A program made the position numbers and the translations under genes. Positions 9,824 to 18,383 of a DNA stretch of 64,000 nucleotides are shown here, in pieces. Under the pieces are notes generated by a model. That model ran no database searches. It saw only the letters and a program-made list of their open reading frames with translations, and was not told the DNA's origin. The stretch spans positions 1,056,001-1,120,000 of the forward strand of contig CBDASK010000003.1 of the NCBI GenBank assembly GCA_965199495.1, read 5' to 3'. The DNA comes from Abditibacterium sp. (GTDB taxonomy: Bacteria; Armatimonadota; Abditibacteriia; Abditibacteriales; Abditibacteriaceae). Every line of letters begins with the position of its first letter. Within the stretch, counting starts at the first letter, position 1.

Positions 9824-9948
9824 TTCACACAAAGAACACCAAGTTCTCACAAAAGACACAAAGAGGTTGAAGAGAATTTACTTCGATGTTTTATGCGTGC
9901 TTCCTTCTCTTTGTGTTCTTGGTGAGAACTTGGTGTTCTTTGTGTGAA
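9824..9948. repeat. Purine/pyrimidine-arm long palindrome (family C)
   Basis: TTCACACAAAGAACACCAAGTTCTCAC... / ...GTGAGAACTTGGTGTTCTTTGTGTGAA. Confidence 0.85.
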
Positions 9949-9954
9949 CCCCTT

Positions 9955-11346
9955 TTACAATCTCTTAAAAACCGCCATTTGCGACGGCGCGCCCCAATTC
10001 TCATCTTCCGGCCCCAACGGACGAACTTCGACTTGGTAACCGTAATCCACAGCCACGCGCCCGGCCCAATCCGCGAATTCGGCGCGATCCCACTCGAAGC
10101 GATGATCGCCGTGACGCATTTTTCCGGCGGGCAAAGATTCCCAGTGCGCGTTATATTCGCGATTGGGCGTGGTCAAAACTATGGTTTGCGGGCGCGCCCA
10201 TTCCCACACCGCGCGCTCGAACGCGGGCAAACGCGCCGCATCGAGATGTTCGACGACTTCGACCAGAGCCGCCGCATCGAAATTTTTCAGGCGGTCGTCA
10301 CGATACGTTAAAGCGCCGTGCAGTAAAGTCAAGCGTTCGCGTTTGAGCGGCGCCATGCGTTCGAGGTGCAGCTTATCCGCAGCCACGTCGAGCGCGCGGT
10401 GGCTGGCGTCCACGCCAATAATGCGCTCGAACTGCTTTTCGTCTAACAATCCGCGCAGCAATCGGCCTTCGCCGCAACCCAAATCCAGCACGCTTTTCGC
10501 GCCCGATTTTTTCAGTTCGTCCAACACGGCGTCCAGCCGAATTTGGTGTAGCGACACGGCTTTTTCGGTCGGCGCGTCGGCTTCATCGGGCGCATCGGTT
10601 TCGTCGGCGGTTTCGGGCGCCAAACGCGCCAATCGTTCCAGCGCCGAATTAATCAATTTGCGCTGGCGCTTGAGATAACGCGCCGCGATAACTTCGCGCA
10701 TCGGATGATTTTCCAGCCAACCGGCGCCGCGCTTGAGCAATTTTTCGACCTCGTCTTCGCCGATAAAATAATGTTTGGAGTCGTCCAAAACCGGCAGCAA
10801 AACATACAAATGAGCCAGCAAATCGCTGAGCTTTACGTTGCCGCGCAAAGCCAACGACGCGCACGGCGCCGCGCCCCAATCGAATTTCGGATCGAGAACG
10901 GGAATCTCCAATTCGACGGTATAGCCCAACGGCTCGAACAAATTGCGCACGAAAGAGCCGTCGCCCGAACAGGGAATCGCGTCCACGCACGCAACTAAAT
11001 CGAGAACGGTTTGAGCGAGTTCGGGCTTTTCTTTCGATTGGCCGCCCAGCGCCGAACGCAAAACCTGCGCGATGGCGACGCTGGCGAACGAACCAGCCAC
11101 GTAGGGCCGGTCGTTGACGTATTGCGCCAAGGGGCCGCTATCATTTTTGTTTTTGCCGCGCACCAGCGCAATCGGATCAACTTCCAACAATAGGGCGAAA
11201 TCGCACTGATTTTCGGTCGCGACCGGATAAAACGCGTGCGCGCGCCCAAACGATAAATCGAACGATTGAGCTTTATCGGGATTTTTGGCGAGCAGATAAC
11301 CGATGTCGGTCGCGGGCGAGTGCGTCGTCGAAATTTGCAGCAACAT
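9955..11346 (-). CDS. hen1: 3' terminal RNA ribose 2'-O-methyltransferase Hen1
   Basis: N-terminal ligase-activating domain (PATDIGYLLAKNP, YVNDRPY); methyltransferase motifs VLDLGCGEG, EVVEHLD, TTPNREYN, RHGDHRFEW. Confidence 0.97.
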   Translation of the reverse strand: MLLQISTTHSPATDIGYLLAKNPDKAQSFDLSFGRAHAFYPVATENQCDFALLLEVDPIALVRGKNKNDSGPLAQYVNDRPYVAGSFASVAIAQVLRSALGGQSKEKPELAQTVLDLVACVDAIPCSGDGSFVRNLFEPLGYTVELEIPVLDPKFDWGAAPCASLALRGNVKLSDLLAHLYVLLPVLDDSKHYFIGEDEVEKLLKRGAGWLENHPMREVIAARYLKRQRKLINSALERLARLAPETADETDAPDEADAPTEKAVSLHQIRLDAVLDELKKSGAKSVLDLGCGEGRLLRGLLDEKQFERIIGVDASHRALDVAADKLHLERMAPLKRERLTLLHGALTYRDDRLKNFDAAALVEVVEHLDAARLPAFERAVWEWARPQTIVLTTPNREYNAHWESLPAGKMRHGDHRFEWDRAEFADWAGRVAVDYGYQVEVRPLGPEDENWGAPSQMAVFKRL

Positions 11347-11381
11347 TGGAAGCACAGTTTGAACGATAACGCGAACCAACG

Positions 11382-11509
11382 CTTTTAATTTCACGCAGAG
11401 AGGGAGAGAGAATGAAGAACACTTAAAACTAAAGAAATTGTTACTCTCTTTATTTTTTGGTTTTTCTTCATTCTCTCTGCCTCTCTGCGTCTCTGCGTGA
11501 AATTAAAAA
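11382..11509. repeat. Purine/pyrimidine-arm long palindrome (family C) between divergent hen1 and ubiD
   Basis: CTTTTAATTTCACGCAGAGA... / ...TCTCTGCGTGAAATTAAAAG. Confidence 0.8.
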
Positions 11510-11574
11510 GTAAGCAACTCTCGAAACTAAGCAACGCCCGTCTACCGAATTCTGTCTCCTGTATTCACTTCAAA

Positions 11575-13074
11575 ATGGCTCACGACATTCCTTCGTTTCT
11601 GCGCGAAATCGAGAAAATTAATCAACTCCAAAAAATAGACGCGCCGGTTTCGCTCGACCTCGAAATCAGCGAAATCGCCGACCGCGTGATCAAAAAAGCT
11701 GGCCCCGCGCTTTTATTTCGTAACGTGAAAGAAAACCCCGACGTGCCGGTGGCTATTGGTTTGTTCGGCTCGCACGAACGATTGGCGCTGGCGCTGCACG
11801 ATTCGCCGCAAAATATCGCCGGGCGCATCACGGATTTAATTTCGACGCGTCCGCCCAATTCGCTGGTCGGCATGGCGAAAATGGGTTTACAAATGTTGCC
11901 GACGATTTCGAGTCTGGGCGTCAAGCGCGGCAAATCTGGCCCGGTGAAAGAAGTGATAATGAAGGGCGACGACGTGGATTTATCGAAAATTCCGGTTTTG
12001 AAATGTTGGCCCGACGATGGCGGGCCGTTCATCACTTTGCCGATGGTTTTCACGCATAATCCTAATAATGGGCGGCGCAACGTCGGGATGTATCGCGTGC
12101 AGATTTACGATAAAAATACGACGGGAATGCACTGGCAAACCCACAAAGTCGCCGCACAGCACGCGCGCGATGCCGCCGCCAAAGGTCAAAATATCGAGGC
12201 GGCGGTTTGTCTGGGCGGCGATCCATGTTTGCCGTTTTGCGCTCTGGCGCCTTTGCCCGAAGAGATTGACGAAATGCTCTTCGCCGGATTTTTGCGCGGC
12301 AAACCGGTCGAATTGGTTCAATGCGAAACCATTGATGTGCAAGTGCCCGCCGATTGCGAATACGTCATTGAGGGATTTTTAACGCCCGGCGAATTGCGGC
12401 CCGAAGGCCCGTTTGGCGATCATACCGGCTATTACACGCCCATCGAGCCATATCCGGTTTTTCATGTGACCTGCGTGACGCAACGGAAAAAGCCGATTTA
12501 TCCGGCGACAATCGTCGGAATTCCGCCGATGGAAGACGGTTATCTCGGCAAAGCTGTCGGCACGATCTTTCTGCCTTTAATCAAAACGCAGGTGCCCGAA
12601 ATCGTGGATATGCACTTGCCCGTCGAAGCGACGTTTCATAATTTGGCTTTGGTCTCGATTAACAAACGCTATCCAAATCACTCTTATAAAGTGATGCACG
12701 CCTTATGGGGTCTGGGCCAATTGATGTTCTCGAAGATGATTATCGTGTTCGACGACGATGTGAACGTGCATAATCTAAGCGAAGTCATCTGGCGATTGAG
12801 CAATAATATTGATCCGGCGCGCGATGTTCAAATCGTGAAAGGCCCGGTGGATTCGCTCAATCACGCGGCGCCCCTCGTCGGGTTCGGCAGCAAAATCGGC
12901 ATTGACGCGACCAAGAAATGGTCGAGCGAAGGCCACGCGCGCGAATGGCCCGATGTCGTCAAGATGAATGCAGCCACGGCGGCGCGCGTGGACGAAATGT
13001 GGAGCAAACTGGGGCTGGGCGAGAATCCCGGCAGCCCGTCCAAAGACGGGCATATCGTGGGGCCGATGCCGTGA
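11575..13074 (+). CDS. ubiD: UbiD family decarboxylase (menaquinone biosynthesis decarboxylase, MqnL-like)
   Basis: RNVGMYR, EGPFGDHTGYY, PPMED and SKIGIDAT motifs. Confidence 0.9.
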   Translation: MAHDIPSFLREIEKINQLQKIDAPVSLDLEISEIADRVIKKAGPALLFRNVKENPDVPVAIGLFGSHERLALALHDSPQNIAGRITDLISTRPPNSLVGMAKMGLQMLPTISSLGVKRGKSGPVKEVIMKGDDVDLSKIPVLKCWPDDGGPFITLPMVFTHNPNNGRRNVGMYRVQIYDKNTTGMHWQTHKVAAQHARDAAAKGQNIEAAVCLGGDPCLPFCALAPLPEEIDEMLFAGFLRGKPVELVQCETIDVQVPADCEYVIEGFLTPGELRPEGPFGDHTGYYTPIEPYPVFHVTCVTQRKKPIYPATIVGIPPMEDGYLGKAVGTIFLPLIKTQVPEIVDMHLPVEATFHNLALVSINKRYPNHSYKVMHALWGLGQLMFSKMIIVFDDDVNVHNLSEVIWRLSNNIDPARDVQIVKGPVDSLNHAAPLVGFGSKIGIDATKKWSSEGHAREWPDVVKMNAATAARVDEMWSKLGLGENPGSPSKDGHIVGPMP

Positions 13075-13267
13075 GTAGCTAACGCGCACGTTTATCCCTC
13101 ACCCGGACTCGCAAAGCTCGCCCACCCTCTCCCAGAGGGAGAAGGTTAATCGGACAAAACTTCCAAGAAAGCTCTTTATAGCGATAGTGCAAATAACCTT
13201 CTCCCTCTGGGAGAGGGTGGGCGAGCTTTGCGAGTCCGGGTGAGGGATAAACGTGCGCGTTAGCTAC
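13075..13267. repeat. Long perfect inverted repeat (74-bp arms), GTAG-ended REPIN/MITE-like
   Basis: 13075-13148 is the reverse complement of 13194-13267; contains CCCTCTCCC...GAGGG cores. Confidence 0.92.
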
Positions 13268-13282
13268 GAAAATTTCAATCTC

Positions 13283-13963
13283 ATGCTCGATAAATCCACC
13301 GCCGCCGTTTCGCAGATGTTTTCCGACATCGCGCCGACTTACGACTTTTTGAATCACCTGTTATGCGCCAATCAAGACCGACGTTGGCGCCGCCGTGCCG
13401 CATCGCGTTTGTGTCCGCGCGCCGATGAAATCGTTCTGGATTTATGTTGCGGCAGCGGCGATTTGACGCGCGAAATTCAATCGCAGCAGCCGCGTTGTCG
13501 CGTTGTGGGCGCCGACTTCGCCCTGCCGATGTTGCAAATCGCGCAGACCAAAAATTTGCCCGCGCTCACCTGTGCCGACGCGCTCCATATGCCGTTTCGC
13601 GACGCGCATTTCGACGCGGTATCGGTGGCGTTTGGCGTGCGCAACTTCACCGATACGCGCGCTGGACTGGAAGAAATGTTTCGCGTGACCAAACCGGGCG
13701 GGCGCGTTTTGATTTTAGAATTCATGCGCCCAACATCGAACATCCTCGCGCGCGGCGCGGGCGCATCCAACTTCGTGTTGGCGCCAATTGGTCGCGCGAT
13801 TTCGGGGCACGAATCGGCCTATAGTTACCTGCCGCAATCCATTGACGGCTTTTACTCGCGGCGCGAGTTCGAGACGCGACTGCGCGAAATCGGCTGGACG
13901 AACGTGCGCTCATTCGATCACGCGCTGGGCGTGGCGACTTCGTTTGTCGGGGTGAAAGGTTGA
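13283..13963 (+). CDS. ubiE: Ubiquinone/menaquinone biosynthesis methyltransferase UbiE/MenG
   Basis: MFSDIAPTYDFLNH, VLDLCCGSGD, AFGVRN and YSYLPQSI motifs. Confidence 0.9.
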   Translation: MLDKSTAAVSQMFSDIAPTYDFLNHLLCANQDRRWRRRAASRLCPRADEIVLDLCCGSGDLTREIQSQQPRCRVVGADFALPMLQIAQTKNLPALTCADALHMPFRDAHFDAVSVAFGVRNFTDTRAGLEEMFRVTKPGGRVLILEFMRPTSNILARGAGASNFVLAPIGRAISGHESAYSYLPQSIDGFYSRREFETRLREIGWTNVRSFDHALGVATSFVGVKG

Positions 13964-13974
13964 AATTCTTTCGC

Positions 13975-14051
13975 GGCGGGGCTGACGCCCTCTTCCAATC
14001 GGCGAACTTTGGATGAATACCCGCCGATTGGAAGGGTGCGTCAGCCCCGCC
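13975..14051. repeat. REP family B inverted repeat
   Basis: GGCGGGGCTGACGCCCTCTTCCAATCGGC...GCCGATTGGAAGGGTGCGTCAGCCCCGCC. Confidence 0.88.
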
Positions 14052-14154
14052 AACTTCAGAGTTCGTTCGCCGTATCTCGTTTGGTCAAGAACATCGCGCT
14101 AACGCGCGATGTTCCCGAAAAGCGGGCAAACTGTGGGGCGAGTGCGTTTCGCTT

Positions 14155-16095
14155 ATGCCCACCGTTTTACCCACATCGAGTTCCGTTAAGGCCGCTGGCC
14201 CCGGCTGGGAAGTCGCCGATTCGTCGCTGATTCGGCGGCGCGCGTTTTATTCGCTTTTGGTGCTGGCCCTCGCGTTTTCCGCGCTTTTGATGCGGCTCTA
14301 TTATCTGCAAGTCGTCAGCGGCAATAATTTCGTCGCCCGCGCCCAGACCAACCGCTTGCGCGCGGTCAGCATATCCGCGCCGCGCGGTCTTATCACCGAC
14401 CGCACTGGCGTGATTTTGGCGACTTCGCGACCGGTTCACGACATCTCCATCGTGCCGGGGCTTTTGCCGAGCGGACGCAGCCAGCGCGAAGAGCGCGCGC
14501 GCGTCATTGGCAATTTGGCGACGTTGCTCAATATCGATCCGAACTCTATCGAGCCGCAAATCACCGAGGCGCTCAAGCGACAGGGGCGGCTCGACGCCGT
14601 GCCGATTGCGACCGATGTTTCGCTGGCGACCATCGAGCGCATCGAAGAAAATCGCGCCGAACTGGGCGCGGGCGTTTTGGTGACTAACGATCTGCGCCGC
14701 TTCTATCCGCAGGGCGCACTCGCCGGGCACATTCTGGGTTATAGCGGCATCGTCAACGAGCGCGATATGGAGCGCGCCAAAGCCGCCAAAGAAACGCTGG
14801 GTGCAACCGATCGCGTCGGCAAAAGCGGCATCGAGCGCGAATATAATACGTTGCTCAAAGGCGAACCGGGCGCGCAAGTTTTCGAGGTAGACGCCGCCAA
14901 TCACCCGCTTGGCGAGCGAGCGCCCGTCCCATTTCATCCGGGCGAAACGCTGCAACTGACGCTCGATATGAAGTTGCAGCGCGCCGCCGAAGACGCCCTC
15001 GCTAAAGCCAAAAACAATGGCGCTTTGGTCGCGGTTGACCCGCGCAACGGCGAAGTTTTGGCGATGGCTTCGCGGCCCAATTTCGATCCCAACATCTTCG
15101 AGTTGCCGCGCGCGCAGTTCAGCGCGGCCTATCGCAAACTCATAGCCACGCCGGGGCACCCGCTCCTCAATCGCGCGGCGACTTCGCGCTTTCCGCCCGG
15201 CTCAACCTTCAAAATGATCAGCGCCGCCGCCGGTTTGCAAAAGGGCGTGATTGACCCGAACTGGACGGTGACCTGCAACGGCGGCATCAACATCGGACGG
15301 CACTTCGGTTGCTGGAAAGTTCACGGGCGCGGCGTCAATCTCGCGCGCGCCATCGCCGAATCGTGCGACGTTTATTTTTACGAGATGAGCCTGCGTCTGG
15401 GCGATTCGCAGAGCAGCGGCCCGACCTATTTGGCGCAAACGGCACGCAAATTTGGGTTGGGCAGCGATACCGGCATTGATCTGCCCTCGGACGAAGCGGG
15501 CCTGATTCCCGACCCGGCGTGGCTGGCTCGCGTCAACGCCAAACATCCGCAATACGCGCAGTGGATGCCGGGCAATACGCTTAACATGAGCATCGGTCAG
15601 GGCGACGTTTTGGCGACGCCCCTGCAAATGGCCCTCGCGACCGCCGCCGTGGCGAATGGCGGCACATTATGGAAACCGCATCTGCTGCGCAAATCGCAGA
15701 AAGACGCGCAAAGCGGCCCAGTTTTGACAACACCCGAAGGCCATGACATCGGCATCGCGCCGCGCAACTTGGCGATTATCCGCGCGGGACTGCGCCGCAC
15801 CGTGACGATGGGCACCGGCAAACCGGCGGCGATGACCAACGTCGAAGTCGCGGGCAAAACCGGCAGCGCCGAAGACGCCAACAACGCCCTACCACATTCG
15901 TGGTGGATCTGTTTCGCGCCCTACGACAAGCCGACAATCGCCATCGCGGTGATGATCGAGAATTCGGGCCACGGATCGGAAAACGCCCTGCCCGTTGCGC
16001 GCGCCGTTTTGGAAGCGCGCTTTCCGTTGCCCGCGCCTCAACCGCAGAAAACTCCGGTGATCCTCAAATCGCGCCGCCAACAATCGCGCAATTGA
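14155..16095 (+). CDS. mrdA: Penicillin-binding protein 2
   Basis: N-terminal TM helix, APRGLITDR, STFK (SxxK), SCD (SxD) and KTG motifs. Confidence 0.93.
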   Translation: MPTVLPTSSSVKAAGPGWEVADSSLIRRRAFYSLLVLALAFSALLMRLYYLQVVSGNNFVARAQTNRLRAVSISAPRGLITDRTGVILATSRPVHDISIVPGLLPSGRSQREERARVIGNLATLLNIDPNSIEPQITEALKRQGRLDAVPIATDVSLATIERIEENRAELGAGVLVTNDLRRFYPQGALAGHILGYSGIVNERDMERAKAAKETLGATDRVGKSGIEREYNTLLKGEPGAQVFEVDAANHPLGERAPVPFHPGETLQLTLDMKLQRAAEDALAKAKNNGALVAVDPRNGEVLAMASRPNFDPNIFELPRAQFSAAYRKLIATPGHPLLNRAATSRFPPGSTFKMISAAAGLQKGVIDPNWTVTCNGGINIGRHFGCWKVHGRGVNLARAIAESCDVYFYEMSLRLGDSQSSGPTYLAQTARKFGLGSDTGIDLPSDEAGLIPDPAWLARVNAKHPQYAQWMPGNTLNMSIGQGDVLATPLQMALATAAVANGGTLWKPHLLRKSQKDAQSGPVLTTPEGHDIGIAPRNLAIIRAGLRRTVTMGTGKPAAMTNVEVAGKTGSAEDANNALPHSWWICFAPYDKPTIAIAVMIENSGHGSENALPVARAVLEARFPLPAPQPQKTPVILKSRRQQSRN

Positions 16096-16114
16096 CGTTC
16101 TGTGAACCCGAAAT

Positions 16115-18274
16115 TTATTTCTCCTGCGCCACGCGCGTGATGGGCGCGAATTTGAGAGTTTCGACGCGTCCCGTTGGGCGCGTTTCCGCCGCCGAAAGCC
16201 ACACTTCCAATTGTTTGGCGTTCTCGGTGGGCGCATTGAACAAAAAAGTGATGAATCCCGGCGCGCCGTTCGTGTTTTGCGTGGCATCGCCCGCGATCCA
16301 ACGCTCATCGTGGGGCGGTTCTATGCTGAGAATCGCGCCGCTATTGTCGGCGGCTGTCGCGCGAAACTCGCCGGTTGTGGCGCCCGGTGTACCATCCGGT
16401 GCGGCGTTTAAAATGGGCGCGAACCGCACCACCATCGCCAGTCCCGGCCCCGGCACGGCCTCACGCCACGAAGCGGGCGCGCCGGACAATTCGGCAGCGT
16501 CAGTAAACCTCATTAACCGCACGATTTGGAAAAAATCGCGTTGTCCAAGCGCGCCCGTTTCGCCCTGCAACTCGCCCTTATCGCCGAGTTTTGGCAAGGC
16601 CAATTCGCCGTTCCAGCGATGCTCCACGCGCCGCAATTCTTCGACGGTGGCCTCGACTTGCACGCTCGACGGCGGCGGTTCGGGCAGTCGCACTTCGGCG
16701 CGGTCGCTCCGTTCGCCGCGATCAGCCACGTCGCCGTTGGCCTTGAGATAATGTGGCTCGTCGGGCCAATAATCCAAGCGCACCGGCAAGGCTTTGGCGC
16801 CGTCGCTGACTTTGAGTTCGCGCAATTTCCAAACGCGCTCGCGCGCCTCGTCCAGAGGTGCCATCCAAAAACGCCATTCCTGCTGGCCGCTCCATTCGGA
16901 GAACGTCGTTTCGATTTGAGCGGCGACGCTTGCGCCGCGCGCGCTGGCAACAATTGCGCCTCCAAAATCTACCGGCGAACCGCTCCAACTCAGGCGCGTC
17001 AAATCACCTTTGCCAAAAGCGCGCTCGTATAACTGGCGCGGCGAAAGGGTGAAGCGAAAGTGGTGCATCCATTTTGGATCGGCCAAGTCGGGCGCGCGCT
17101 CCACGCACACAAATGTCAGCGCGATGCGTTTGGCGCCAGCAGGCGGGCGCCCGGAATTGGTCTGCTCGATTGTCATGGTGGGCGCGCCATCGTTGTTTGC
17201 GCCGCCAGCCCTTAGAAAACTAACGTGGCCCGTTTCGTCTTCGATTTGGCGCGGCAACAACTCGAATTTGTCGCGCGTCGAATCCGCCGCAGGTTGCACG
17301 CGGAACTTGCAGCGCGTGAGTTCGCCCTCGACTTGAAGCGAATCAAGCGTGATGCGCGTGCCCAACTGCGTTTTTAAAGTTTGGCCAACCGGGAGGATTT
17401 GGCCTTTCTCATCGAACGCGATGTCCTTCCATTGCAACACCGAACGCACCGTCCCATCGGCGCCTTCGGGCGCCAAAGGGTCGAGCGCGTCCACGGCAAT
17501 CGTCATTTTTTCCCAATCGGGACTCACGTTTTCGCTGGTGGCGCGCATCAGATGATTGTCGCCAGTCACGTAGAATTGAGCGATATCTCGATCCAAGACC
17601 TGCGCGCGCGCGTTCAATTCGGCCAGCGATGAACGCAGTCCGTAAGTGGCGGCGCGGCGCGGCGGCGGCCCCGAAAACTCCCACCACACGCCAAAAATTG
17701 GCGCTTTGTTGGTCGCCTCCTCGCCCGCGATTTGCGGGCGAGGGAACCATCCGGCCTGAATCACGCGCAGCGAGAGCGCGCCTTGTTGTTCTTGCCACAA
17801 AGCCGGGGTTTCGGGCGCGGACGCGAACGCATTCGCGTCGGGCACATCGGGAGAATCATCGGGCAAAACCACCGCACGCGCCGCCCCATCCGAGCCTTTG
17901 GGCCGCAGAATTTCCACCGTTTGCCCGACCCGAATCGAACCGAAACCGCGCCATTGCCCGTCGCGCGTCACCACAATCGTGCGCTCATTCAACGGATAAG
18001 GCACGCCAGTTTCGTCCGCGTCAACGGGCGCCAACATCAATTTCCAAACTTCCGACGCGCCATTGGAAACATTATTGGTAGCGTCTTGCCGGGCGAACTG
18101 GGTGACACGGCCTCGCACAACTTCGTCACCCGGTTCGGGCAAAGCTGTGAAGCCTGTGAACGCAAGAGGTGGCGGCGGATCGGCAGCGATTGCGCGAACG
18201 GTTGGGCCAAGCGCGGGTGCGCTCGCGCTCAGCAGAATGAAACACGCGCGCACAAGGGAGGAAATCGAGGGCAT
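16115..18274 (-). CDS. Hypothetical secreted protein
   Basis: ORF of about 720 aa with signal-like N-terminus and beta-rich character; no family recognised; start uncertain. Confidence 0.75.
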   Translation of the reverse strand: MPSISSLVRACFILLSASAPALGPTVRAIAADPPPPLAFTGFTALPEPGDEVVRGRVTQFARQDATNNVSNGASEVWKLMLAPVDADETGVPYPLNERTIVVTRDGQWRGFGSIRVGQTVEILRPKGSDGAARAVVLPDDSPDVPDANAFASAPETPALWQEQQGALSLRVIQAGWFPRPQIAGEEATNKAPIFGVWWEFSGPPPRRAATYGLRSSLAELNARAQVLDRDIAQFYVTGDNHLMRATSENVSPDWEKMTIAVDALDPLAPEGADGTVRSVLQWKDIAFDEKGQILPVGQTLKTQLGTRITLDSLQVEGELTRCKFRVQPAADSTRDKFELLPRQIEDETGHVSFLRAGGANNDGAPTMTIEQTNSGRPPAGAKRIALTFVCVERAPDLADPKWMHHFRFTLSPRQLYERAFGKGDLTRLSWSGSPVDFGGAIVASARGASVAAQIETTFSEWSGQQEWRFWMAPLDEARERVWKLRELKVSDGAKALPVRLDYWPDEPHYLKANGDVADRGERSDRAEVRLPEPPPSSVQVEATVEELRRVEHRWNGELALPKLGDKGELQGETGALGQRDFFQIVRLMRFTDAAELSGAPASWREAVPGPGLAMVVRFAPILNAAPDGTPGATTGEFRATAADNSGAILSIEPPHDERWIAGDATQNTNGAPGFITFLFNAPTENAKQLEVWLSAAETRPTGRVETLKFAPITRVAQEK

Positions 18275-18383
18275 GAACGCAGTTTGCGTGTTCGTCCGAG
18301 CGCGCGCTACTTGGTGATAAGTCAAGCGGCACGCGCTTCACGAAAGAGGCATCAGTTCCATTTCCCTTGAATTAAGCGCCCAA

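Noticed and set aside
13079..13357. 92-aa ORF with PLPEGEG/LPLGEG motifs
   Set aside because: Translation of the inverted repeat, not a real gene
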